DNA from: an uncultured virus (IMG/VR IMGVR_UViG_3300037313_001079)
Lineage: Duplodnaviria; Heunggongvirae; Uroviricota; Caudoviricetes
IMG/VR virus record: IMGVR_UViG_3300037313_001079
DNA length: 64,000 nt
Strand: one strand, 5' to 3'
Each line of letters opens with the position of its first letter. Positions within the stretch are counted from its first letter, which is position 1. The position numbers and the translations under genes were made by a program. The notes under the pieces are model-generated. The model was given only the letters and a program-made list of their open reading frames with translations. It did no database searches and was not told the DNA's origin. Below, in pieces: positions 8,940-17,184 of the stretch.

Positions 8940-9928
8940 AGGTGCACTTCTGGGCCGCTGACATGGCAGGCAGCGCCTGCTACCGCGCTGTGCTCCCCGC
9001 CATGGGCCTGTCCTGGCTCGGTCACACCGCCACCGTCGGTGTCCGTCTCCCGCCGAACTGGGCCTCTTACGACACGATCGTCGGCTGCCGTGTCGCGCAG
9101 GTCGACCCGTCCCGGATGTGGCTGCGCCTGAAGGATGAGGGGAAGCGGCTCATCCTCGACCTGGACGACGACTACTTCCACATCGACCCGTCCAACATCC
9201 ACGCCGCGAAGGTGTGGGATATGGAGATGCTCGGCCGGCTCGCCCACAACATGGGCATCGCCGACCTCGTCACCTGCTGCAGCGAGCCCCTCGCCGCCGT
9301 CCTCCGCGACTACGCGCCCCGCGTGGAGGTCATCCCGAACGGGTTGCCCGCCCAGTACCTCGGCCACCCCCGCGACTACCAGGCCGACGGCCGGCCGCTG
9401 TACGTCGGCTGGGCCGGCACGAGCAGCACGGTGGCCGAGCTGCCGGAGGCCGTGCGCGCCCTGAACCGGATCGCGCAGTACCGACGGCCGGGCGGGGTGA
9501 TGGTGCGGCTCGTAGGCATCAGTGCCGAGCAGGCCATGGGGCTCGGGCTGCGTGGCCGGCAGATCGGTGCGCTCGGCTGGGTGGAGCGGATCGAGCACTA
9601 CCTGCATGCGGTCGAGGAGTTCGACGTGTGGTGTGCGCCGTACCGTGACACGGCGTTCAACCGGGCGAAGTTCCCGACGAAGTTCTTGGAGTCTTCCGTT
9701 CTCGGTATTCCGTTGATCGCTTCTGACATCGAGCCTTATCGGCGCGTCATTAAGCACGGATGGAATGGATTTCTCGTCAAATACGAACACGAGTGGGGTA
9801 AGCTGATCAAAAGGCTTGTCGACGATCCGCAGTTGCGTCAAGAGATCGGCATGAATGCCAGGTCTGACGCCTCCATGAGGATCATGCAGGCCGTCAACCA
9901 TCAGTGGGAAAGGGCGCTCACCCCATGA
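8936..9928 (+). CDS. Glycosyltransferase, GT-B fold (GT4-like)
   Basis: GTG at 8936; ILDLDDDYF, VIPNG, VGWAG, FNRAKFPTKFLE...GIPLIASDIEPY...NGFLV signature. Confidence 0.88.
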   Translation: MKVHFWAADMAGSACYRAVLPAMGLSWLGHTATVGVRLPPNWASYDTIVGCRVAQVDPSRMWLRLKDEGKRLILDLDDDYFHIDPSNIHAAKVWDMEMLGRLAHNMGIADLVTCCSEPLAAVLRDYAPRVEVIPNGLPAQYLGHPRDYQADGRPLYVGWAGTSSTVAELPEAVRALNRIAQYRRPGGVMVRLVGISAEQAMGLGLRGRQIGALGWVERIEHYLHAVEEFDVWCAPYRDTAFNRAKFPTKFLESSVLGIPLIASDIEPYRRVIKHGWNGFLVKYEHEWGKLIKRLVDDPQLRQEIGMNARSDASMRIMQAVNHQWERALTP

Positions 9929-10464
9929 CCTGCATAGCCGAAGACTGCGGCGCGGCCACTGTTGCGCGCGGGCTCTGCAACCGCCACTACCTCGCAGCGC
10001 GCGCGGCCGGCGAGTTGCAGCAGTACGGCACCCGGAAGTCCTCACCTGAGGAGCGGTTGCGTGCCAAGGTCGCGGCTGGGGGCCCAGACGATTGCTGGCC
10101 CTTCGGCGGCACGACGGACCGGCGAGGGTATGGCGTTATCTATTTCGAGGGTAAGAATCGTGGCGCTCACCGTCTCGCCTTCTATTTCGCCAACGGCCAC
10201 TGGCCTGAGCCGGAATGTCTGCACTCCTGTGACAACCCGCCGTGCTGCAATCCGGCGCACCTCTCCGAAGGAACGCGTGTGGAGAACATGCAACAGGCGG
10301 CTGAGCGTGGGCGGTACGCCACGCAGAAGCGGACTCACTGCCCGCATGGGCATGAGTACACCGCTGAGAACACCTACTACAGCCCGGACCGCCCTACTCA
10401 TCGCCTTTGCCGGACGTGCCGTCGCGAGGCCCGCCAGCGGTACTACTCGGAGAGGCGGGCATGA
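9925..10464 (+). CDS. HNH homing endonuclease
   Basis: ARGLCNRHY, CWPF, AHRLAF, LHSCDNPPCCNPAHL...ENM, THCPHGHEY. Confidence 0.9.
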   Translation: MTCIAEDCGAATVARGLCNRHYLAARAAGELQQYGTRKSSPEERLRAKVAAGGPDDCWPFGGTTDRRGYGVIYFEGKNRGAHRLAFYFANGHWPEPECLHSCDNPPCCNPAHLSEGTRVENMQQAAERGRYATQKRTHCPHGHEYTAENTYYSPDRPTHRLCRTCRREARQRYYSERRA

Positions 10465-10544
10465 TGGCGTCGGGCAGCATCATGCAGGCGTTGCATCATC
10501 GGTGGGAGGCGGCCGTCCGCGTACCGCAGGAGGTGAGCGCGTGA
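10461..10544 (+). pseudogene. Orphaned alternative C-terminus of the upstream glycosyltransferase
   Basis: MMASGSIMQALHHRWEAAVRVPQEVSA* aligns with GT end ASMRIMQAVNHQWERALTP*. Confidence 0.75.
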
Positions 10545-10918
10545 TGGAGCTGCACGAGTTCCTGGCCGCGCGGTACGCCGAAGCCCGCGCCCGCGAGGAG
10601 AGCAAGTGGACGGTGCGCGACTGCCCCTACGACTGGGAGTACCGACGAGACCGCGACGACGAGTACGTCCTGGTCGATCGCGTCCGAATCGAGGTGAAGG
10701 CGTTCGTCGAGCAGTACGGCGTGTCAGCGGCCGATCCGGCCGTGCTCGCCGACCTCGACGCGAAGGAGAACGTCCTGAAGGAACATAAGGCGGCCGACAC
10801 GCGCGCGGCCTGGCCGGACTTCGAGGGCGGCGTCTTCAGCGGGCTGGATACGGCGCTGCAACACCTCGCGGTGCCGTTCGCCAGCCACCCCGACTACCGC
10901 GAGGAGTGGAAGCCGTGA
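10544..10918 (+). CDS. DUF6221-like phage protein
   Basis: MELHEFLAAR...DPAVLADLDAK...ASHPDYREEWKP; paralog at 44346. Confidence 0.75.
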   Translation: MELHEFLAARYAEARAREESKWTVRDCPYDWEYRRDRDDEYVLVDRVRIEVKAFVEQYGVSAADPAVLADLDAKENVLKEHKAADTRAAWPDFEGGVFSGLDTALQHLAVPFASHPDYREEWKP

Positions 10919-11241
10919 CGCACGACCCCATCGCTGATGACTCCCCGCTCAACGACCCCGGCTACGAGCCCGAGCACCCGCCCGTCGACGGGCAGATCCC
11001 GGACGTCGTTGCCCGCTTCGGTCCGCGCACACAGGTCCGCTGGTTCGCGCGCTTCGGCGAGCAGCTCGGCAAGCGGACCGACTGGGACGACTACTACTGC
11101 ACGTCCGAGCACCACCGCGGGTTCTGCTGTGGCTCCTGCGCTGGGGAGTTCGAGGACGGCTACCAGGGCGGCGGCGTGATGATGGACGGCTGGTGCTGCT
11201 GCCGGGACCCACGCGCGCCCTGGAAGGCTGGCAAGTCATGA
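10915..11241 (+). CDS. Hypothetical Cys-rich protein
   Basis: GTGA coupling; CCGSC and CCC motifs. Confidence 0.6.
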   Translation: MTHDPIADDSPLNDPGYEPEHPPVDGQIPDVVARFGPRTQVRWFARFGEQLGKRTDWDDYYCTSEHHRGFCCGSCAGEFEDGYQGGGVMMDGWCCCRDPRAPWKAGKS

Positions 11242-11423
11242 CCGGCCCGGACCACTACCGCGAAGGCGAGCACCTCCTCCACCGCTGCCTGGAGTGGGGC
11301 CACGGCGAGCAACGTCAAGCCCTGGCCGTCGAGGCCATCGCTCACTTCCTCGCCGCACTCGTCGCCACCACCGCCACCCACCAGCACCCCGAATCCATCC
11401 GATGGCAGGAGACCACCGAATGA
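11238..11423 (+). CDS. Hypothetical phage protein
   Basis: ATGA coupling; MTGPDHYREGEHLL. Confidence 0.6.
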   Translation: MTGPDHYREGEHLLHRCLEWGHGEQRQALAVEAIAHFLAALVATTATHQHPESIRWQETTE

Positions 11424-12286
11424 TCAACGGCAAAAGAGTGATCGCCTGGACACCCTACGGACGTGCCCGGACGTACAGCATCCTCTTCCAGTACCTACGA
11501 CGGGACTTCGAGGAAGGCCTCCTCGACGAGGTCTGGCTCTACATGAACACCGACCCCGTCGGCCAGGAAGACGACATCGCCTACGCCCACCAGCTCGCCG
11601 ACAAGCACCTGACCTGGGTCAAGCTCAAGCACCGGCCCGAAGGCGTCCACCTCGGTCACCTGCCCAAGCAGCGCTACACCGGGCTCGCCTACCGGGAGAT
11701 GACCGACCCGGACACGATCTATCTCAGGTTCGATGACGATGTGGTGTACGTCCACGAGGCCGCCGTAGAGAACCTCGTCCGGGCGCGGATCGAGATGCCC
11801 GCACCCACGGCCGTGTTCCCGATCATCATCAACAACGCGCTGTGCTCGCACTTCCTGCAACTCTGCGGGAAGATCCCCACCGAGTGGGGCACAGTCGGCC
11901 CGTACTGCATGGACCCCACCGGCTGGGCCAACGGGCCGTTCGCGGTGAAGCTGCACGAGATGCTCCTCGACCACATCCAGGCCGACACAGTCGAAGACCT
12001 GTACCTGTACCAGGACTTCCCGCTCGCACCGGGCACCCAGTTCTCCGTGAGCTGCTTCGCCAGCCTCGGCAGCATGTACGCCGGCCTGCCCGACCCCGGC
12101 GTCCTCGTCCCCGACGAGGAAGAGTCCTGGCACACGATCCACCGGCCGCTCGCCACTGGCGCGCCGAACATTCTGCGCGGTGACAGCCTGGTGGCGCACT
12201 GGTCGTTCTTCCCCCAGCATCCGTTCCTCAACAACACCGACCTCCTGGACCGTTACCGGGAGATCGCAGACAAGGCGGTGGCGTGA
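11420..12286 (+). CDS. Putative glycosyltransferase, GT-A fold
   Basis: N-terminal VIAWTPYGR, IYLRFDDDVVY (DxD-like), C-terminal VAHWSF. Confidence 0.65.
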   Translation: MINGKRVIAWTPYGRARTYSILFQYLRRDFEEGLLDEVWLYMNTDPVGQEDDIAYAHQLADKHLTWVKLKHRPEGVHLGHLPKQRYTGLAYREMTDPDTIYLRFDDDVVYVHEAAVENLVRARIEMPAPTAVFPIIINNALCSHFLQLCGKIPTEWGTVGPYCMDPTGWANGPFAVKLHEMLLDHIQADTVEDLYLYQDFPLAPGTQFSVSCFASLGSMYAGLPDPGVLVPDEEESWHTIHRPLATGAPNILRGDSLVAHWSFFPQHPFLNNTDLLDRYREIADKAVA

Positions 12287-12501
12287 TGTCCCAGCAGGTC
12301 AGTGTCGAGGCAGCGTTGCCGGTGTTCCGGCAGCGGTGCAACGAACTCCACGACGAGTCCCTCATCCTCCGCGCGCGCGTCACCGAGCTGGAGCAGCAAC
12401 TCGCCGACGCACACCAGGAAATCGAGCAGCTGCGGGCCCAGCCCACGATGGGCCAGACACCGCAGCCGCTGTCGTGCATCGACCCCGACCCCGTGGCATA
12501 G
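12286..12501 (+). CDS. Small coiled-coil protein
   Basis: MSQQVSVE...LRARVTELEQQL; last gene of + strand insert. Confidence 0.6.
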   Translation: MSQQVSVEAALPVFRQRCNELHDESLILRARVTELEQQLADAHQEIEQLRAQPTMGQTPQPLSCIDPDPVA

Positions 12502-12514
12502 CGGCCGACGCCGG

Positions 12515-12718
12515 TCACACGGAGGTTGACGCCACCGAGTACTCCGTGGCGGTGACGGAGCTGGCGCCAGCATCGGTGACGACCTGCTTCACGGCGTCGA
12601 CGACGGCCTGCTCCTGCACGGGGTCGCTGGTGTGGATGATGGCGATACGGATCTCGATGCTGGATTCTGCGGGGAACTCGCCGATGACCTTCGTCCAGGG
12701 GTAGGGCAGTTCAGCCAT
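12515..12718 (-). CDS. Small protein after tail fibre (possible assembly chaperone)
   Basis: 67 aa, AGGAGA RBS, position. Confidence 0.55.
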   Translation of the reverse strand: MAELPYPWTKVIGEFPAESSIEIRIAIIHTSDPVQEQAVVDAVKQVVTDAGASSVTATEYSVASTSV

Positions 12719-12736
12719 GCTGTTTCTCCTTCTATG

Positions 12737-13777
12737 TCAGGCGACACGTACGAGCTGCATCCACGAGTCGGTGCGGAGGATGGTGGCGGTGCCGGAGTCG
12801 ACGGCGGCCTGCGACCACTGGACGGCGAAGGTGCCGCTGGATGAGGTACGGACGATGCCCATGATCTGGATGGCTTGGTTGGTGGTGTCGCCGCCGTAGG
12901 AGCGGGGCTGGGTGGTGCCGATGTCGTTGGTGTTCATGCGGACGGTGAAGCCGTCGGTGCCGACGGAGGCGGTGACGCCGCGGCCGAGGCCGGTGCCTTG
13001 CCAGGATCCTGCGGCGCCGGTGGGCTGGGTGAAGGCGACGTTGATGTCGCCGGTGGTGCCCGCCTGGTATGCAAGGTAGGCGTAGATCAGGTAGGTGGCG
13101 CTGGCGGCGACGGTGACCGTGAGGTGGGGGTCGTCGCTCATGGTTGTGGTGTTGATGCGGCTGGTGTCGGCGCTCTTGCGGGCGAAGAGTGTTTTTCCGA
13201 TGCCGGTGACGGTGAGGTTGCCGCCGACGGTGAAGTTGTCGTCGGTGGCGAGGGTGTTGGCGGCGGACCGGTAGAGGTTGACGTCGCGGGCGGCGTTGCC
13301 GGGGCCCATCTCGATCATGCCGCTGCCGTAGACGCGGTAGCGGTCGAAGGTGTCGCCGGTGAGGAGTGAGCTGTAGGCGACGTCGGTGGTGAGGGTTCGC
13401 TGACTCTGGTAGTTGGTGTTCGCGGAGAGGGAGCCGCCGCCGGTGCGGGTGAGGGTGGCGGCGCCGATGGACAGGCTGCTGCTGCTGGACAAGTTGAGGT
13501 TGCCGCCGAACGTCCCCGAGCTGTTGGGGATCTCCACCCACGAGCCGGAGGCCGGTGAGGTGCCGTTGGAGAAGTAGGTGCGGTTGGTGTCGGTCTCGTA
13601 GATCGGCTTGCCCGCGTAGGGCGTGGACGGGCGTGTCGATGACGTGCACGAGGCGTACCCGACTGCGGCGTCGACCTTGTCCCAGTTCTGGCCGAGGTCT
13701 TGGGTGTAGGTGACGAGCTCGGACCCGTCCGACTTGGACTTGTACAGGGCGAGCCGTGTGGTGGACGGATCAGGCAC
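12737..13777 (-). CDS. Minor tail / tail fibre (receptor-binding candidate)
   Basis: GTG at 13777 with GGAGG; S/T/G-rich beta composition; end of tail module. Confidence 0.75.
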   Translation of the reverse strand: MPDPSTTRLALYKSKSDGSELVTYTQDLGQNWDKVDAAVGYASCTSSTRPSTPYAGKPIYETDTNRTYFSNGTSPASGSWVEIPNSSGTFGGNLNLSSSSSLSIGAATLTRTGGGSLSANTNYQSQRTLTTDVAYSSLLTGDTFDRYRVYGSGMIEMGPGNAARDVNLYRSAANTLATDDNFTVGGNLTVTGIGKTLFARKSADTSRINTTTMSDDPHLTVTVAASATYLIYAYLAYQAGTTGDINVAFTQPTGAAGSWQGTGLGRGVTASVGTDGFTVRMNTNDIGTTQPRSYGGDTTNQAIQIMGIVRTSSSGTFAVQWSQAAVDSGTATILRTDSWMQLVRVA

Positions 13778-14318
13778 GAGGCACCTCCAGCGAGAGCGGG
13801 GACGGCATGGGGACGGGCAGCCCTCCGTACAAGGCGTGCCAGCGGTGGATGTCGACGAGCTCACGCTTCGCTCGGACGCCGGCCGGGCGGAGGCCTTGGG
13901 CGCGGATCACGTCGAGCGGATTCGGGCCCTTTGCCGGCGGCACCACGCGGGTGCGGGTCTCCTTGGCATGGGCGATCCGCACCTGGTGCGCGGCCCAAGC
14001 ATCAGCAGTTGAGACGGCGTTGAACAGGGTGATCGGCTCAGCGTCCGGGCCGGTCGAGGTGACGTACCCGGCGCGGAGCGCGGCATCGTCCCGGTCCGGG
14101 GCGTCCGGCAGGTGCGGCTCGTGGAGGATGACGTCGAGGATTTCGTCGATATCCGTGAGCCCGTACTCGGCGGCCCGCCACTCCACGGTGTCCTTGGGGA
14201 AGATGACCCCGCCGCCGTTGCCGTCTTGGTCGATGTGGTGGACTGCCCACCTTGGTGTGCCCCTCGTCAGACGCTCGGTGACGAAGTCGACGGTGTAGAT
14301 CCTCGGGTCGTCAGACAC
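13770..14318 (-). CDS. Minor tail-region protein
   Basis: 182 aa, coupled between tail genes. Confidence 0.65.
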   Translation of the reverse strand: MSDDPRIYTVDFVTERLTRGTPRWAVHHIDQDGNGGGVIFPKDTVEWRAAEYGLTDIDEILDVILHEPHLPDAPDRDDAALRAGYVTSTGPDAEPITLFNAVSTADAWAAHQVRIAHAKETRTRVVPPAKGPNPLDVIRAQGLRPAGVRAKRELVDIHRWHALYGGLPVPMPSPLSLEVPRA

Positions 14319-17181
14319 GGTAGCTCCAGCAGCTGATGGATGGGGTACCGGACGAGGTGCCGACGGTGACGGTGAATCCGGTGGTGCTCGATGCTGTGAT
14401 CTGCCAGGTCCGCAGGGTGGGGTGCCGCAGGGTGACCATGGGGACCATGGTTGAGGCCATGGTCGGGCCGTAGAGCAGTGAAAGCGTGGTGTCTCCGGCG
14501 GACTGGAAGGGCTCGTCGGCTGTCCACAGGCCGTCCGTGGTGCCTGCGAAGGTGTAGTCCGCCCACCGGCCGACGTGGTGGGTGCGGCCGGATGTGAAGT
14601 CGAGGTATTGGCCGTTGGCGTTGTCGTTGGGGTTCCAGCCGAACCGGCCCATGCCGCCGTCGGCGAAGTAGTAGCCGCCGTCGGTGCCGTCCCGGTTGTA
14701 GCCGGCGAAGAGGTTGCCGGCGCCCGCCCAGACGTAGCCGCCGCGGCGTGCTTGGGTGTCTGCGCGTACGACGGCGAGTTCGGCGACGGGCTGGCTGAGG
14801 AAGGCGCGGGAGATGACCTGGGTGCCGGTGCCGTCGTCGTACTGGCTGGAGTTCAGGCCGAGGATGACGTCGCTGCTGCCGGTGCTGGAGCCGTTGATGT
14901 AGCCGTAGTCGGTGCCGTTGTTGGCGTAGAACCTGATCTCGGGCAGGAGGGTGGTGGTGGGGTTGATCTCCAGGCGTTTACCGGAGGTGCCGCTTTTCAG
15001 GGTGCCGATGATGGACACCGAGCCGTCGGCGGAGGCGATGTTCACCGTCTGCGTGCCGTCGGCGCTGTAGGTTTGCAGGCCGGCCGAGTTGAGTTCGACG
15101 CGGGGTCCGGTGTCGGCGGTTTTGATGCGGGCGCCGACGATCCAGTCCGCTCCGATGGTGCCAGCGGTCACCTTGGACACGGTCAGGTCAGAGATGTGGG
15201 CGTCGTCGATGAGGAGCGCCGTCGCGGTCGCCGCGTCGGACGGCCCGGACTTGTTGCCGGTCTTGTCGACTGCGACGACCCGCACGTACCGCGCGCTGAG
15301 CTCTTCGACCTGCACCGTGGCGACGACGGGGATCTGCGCCTGGATCATGCCCGCGTTGGCGACAGCCTTCCCCTTCAGGGTGGTCGTGTCCGGGGTGAAC
15401 GTGGGCTCGTAGGAGACGTGGATCTCCAGGTGGTCCAGGTCGGACTCCAGGTTGAAGGTGCCGCCACTGGACCGGCCAAGCTGGTGGGTGACCTGCACCG
15501 CGATCCGCGACCCGGCCACCGAAGGCGGCGCCGGCGTGCTGGGTGGGATGTTGTCCGACGACGCCACAAAGGTTGTCGTCGCCGACCAGGCGCCGACGTT
15601 GCCCGCTTTGTCGACGGCGCGGATCTGGATGTCGTAGCCGATACCAGTGGAGAGGTCTTGGATCTGGGCGGTGGTCGCATCCCAGGGGACGACCATCGTC
15701 TGCCACTGCCCGGTCGGCGCGGCGAACGGCTGCCGCCACAGTTGCATGTCCTGCCAGCGGATCTGCGCGACGGACGCCCACGACGCCGGGTAGATCATGT
15801 CGGTGTCGGTGGCCCACCGGATTTCGTAGTGGTCACCGTCGAGGATGGTGGAGCCGTCGACGTTGTTCGGGGCGTTCCACTTCAGGACGACGCGGGAGCG
15901 GGTGAAGCCGCGGTTGTCGAGGTAGGCGGTGCCGGTGAACGGGGTGATGAAGGTGGGCACGCCGGGGATGGACGTGTCTGCGTTGGGTCGGGAACCGACG
16001 GGCTCCGTCGACGTGTTGGTGAGTTGCCGGGAGAAGTCGCCGACGGTCACCGTGGATGTGCCGTCGGTCTCCCACTCGACGTACTGAGTGAGGTCGATCC
16101 AGGTGCCGTCTCCGGCCCGGTAAGCGACGGTGTACTGGTCGGTGATGGACCACTGCGTTTCGGTGACCTGCAGTTTGAGCGGGTTGATCCGGGTGCCCCG
16201 GAACGTGATCTCCGTGGCGGTATCAACGAGCCCGCTGTCGGGGTCGTACACCCATACCCGGTCGCCGACCTGGAACGTGCCGTGCACGTCATAGTCGGCT
16301 GTGCTGAGCGTGAGCTGGTTCCGGGTCGACGTGAACTGGCTGAGGGCCAGCTGGGCGCGGACGGATGCGTTCGCCGTTGCCGTGTCCGACTCGCTGACCA
16401 GCCGCGTCAGCTTCACCGGGTTGCCGTGGATGTCCTTGTACGGGGTCGCCGGGGAGATGTCCGCCGCGCCGGTGGCGATGCTGGTGCCCTGTCCCTCGGC
16501 GAGCAGGACCACGCGGGTTGAGTAGTCCTCCATATCGCGGGTGACGTCCGTCGATCCGGGTAGGGCGCGGAGGAACATGTCCTCGCCGGCGTCTTTGGTG
16601 GTGATGACGCACGTCGGGTTGGTGACGAACAGACTGCTGTCGGGGCCGGCGTCGAGGGTGGCGTTGCCGTTGACCCGCCACGAGACCGGCACCGATGTGG
16701 TGGACATGGTGTCGCAGACGTAGGTGATCGCCTCGCGTGGGCTCTCGTACTGGTGGCGGCCGGTGTACTGGCCTGCGACGGGGTAGAGGGTGCCGACGGT
16801 GACCGGGTACGCGCCGGATGCGGGGAGCAGCATGTTGATGGTGTCCGCGAACGTCGCGGACGCGGGCATCACGGCGTTCTCGTAGACGGGGCCTTTGTTG
16901 TCCTCGTCGCCGAGCCACATGGCCATGCCGACGCCGCCGACGCTGAGGTCGTCTTGGGGGGCGTTGGTCCGGCCGTCATCGCCGATCGTGCGGGTGCGCA
17001 GCACGCCGACGTAGCGGGCGGTGGTCAACAGGTTGTCGCCGTACTGCAGCGGGTCGAGACGGCCGGGCACGATCGCGACGTGCCCGAAGTAGTCGAGCCG
17101 GTCGAGGACGTCGCGGGGTGTCCCCGGCTGGAGCTTGACCTCCCACGAGCCGAGGGCCTTCAGTACTTCCTGGACAGCCAC
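14311..17181 (-). CDS. Large minor tail (central hub/host-specificity) protein with FN3-like domains
   Basis: 956 aa; YDIQIRAVDKAGNVGAWS and YVRVVAVDKTGNKSGPS FN3 motifs; position after Dit. Confidence 0.82.
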   Translation of the reverse strand: MAVQEVLKALGSWEVKLQPGTPRDVLDRLDYFGHVAIVPGRLDPLQYGDNLLTTARYVGVLRTRTIGDDGRTNAPQDDLSVGGVGMAMWLGDEDNKGPVYENAVMPASATFADTINMLLPASGAYPVTVGTLYPVAGQYTGRHQYESPREAITYVCDTMSTTSVPVSWRVNGNATLDAGPDSSLFVTNPTCVITTKDAGEDMFLRALPGSTDVTRDMEDYSTRVVLLAEGQGTSIATGAADISPATPYKDIHGNPVKLTRLVSESDTATANASVRAQLALSQFTSTRNQLTLSTADYDVHGTFQVGDRVWVYDPDSGLVDTATEITFRGTRINPLKLQVTETQWSITDQYTVAYRAGDGTWIDLTQYVEWETDGTSTVTVGDFSRQLTNTSTEPVGSRPNADTSIPGVPTFITPFTGTAYLDNRGFTRSRVVLKWNAPNNVDGSTILDGDHYEIRWATDTDMIYPASWASVAQIRWQDMQLWRQPFAAPTGQWQTMVVPWDATTAQIQDLSTGIGYDIQIRAVDKAGNVGAWSATTTFVASSDNIPPSTPAPPSVAGSRIAVQVTHQLGRSSGGTFNLESDLDHLEIHVSYEPTFTPDTTTLKGKAVANAGMIQAQIPVVATVQVEELSARYVRVVAVDKTGNKSGPSDAATATALLIDDAHISDLTVSKVTAGTIGADWIVGARIKTADTGPRVELNSAGLQTYSADGTQTVNIASADGSVSIIGTLKSGTSGKRLEINPTTTLLPEIRFYANNGTDYGYINGSSTGSSDVILGLNSSQYDDGTGTQVISRAFLSQPVAELAVVRADTQARRGGYVWAGAGNLFAGYNRDGTDGGYYFADGGMGRFGWNPNDNANGQYLDFTSGRTHHVGRWADYTFAGTTDGLWTADEPFQSAGDTTLSLLYGPTMASTMVPMVTLRHPTLRTWQITASSTTGFTVTVGTSSGTPSISCWSYRV

Positions 17182-17184
17182 CCG

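Noticed and set aside
12515..17181. Diversity-generating retroelement or invertible tail-fibre switch
   Set aside because: No reverse transcriptase, invertase or template/variable repeat pair noticed
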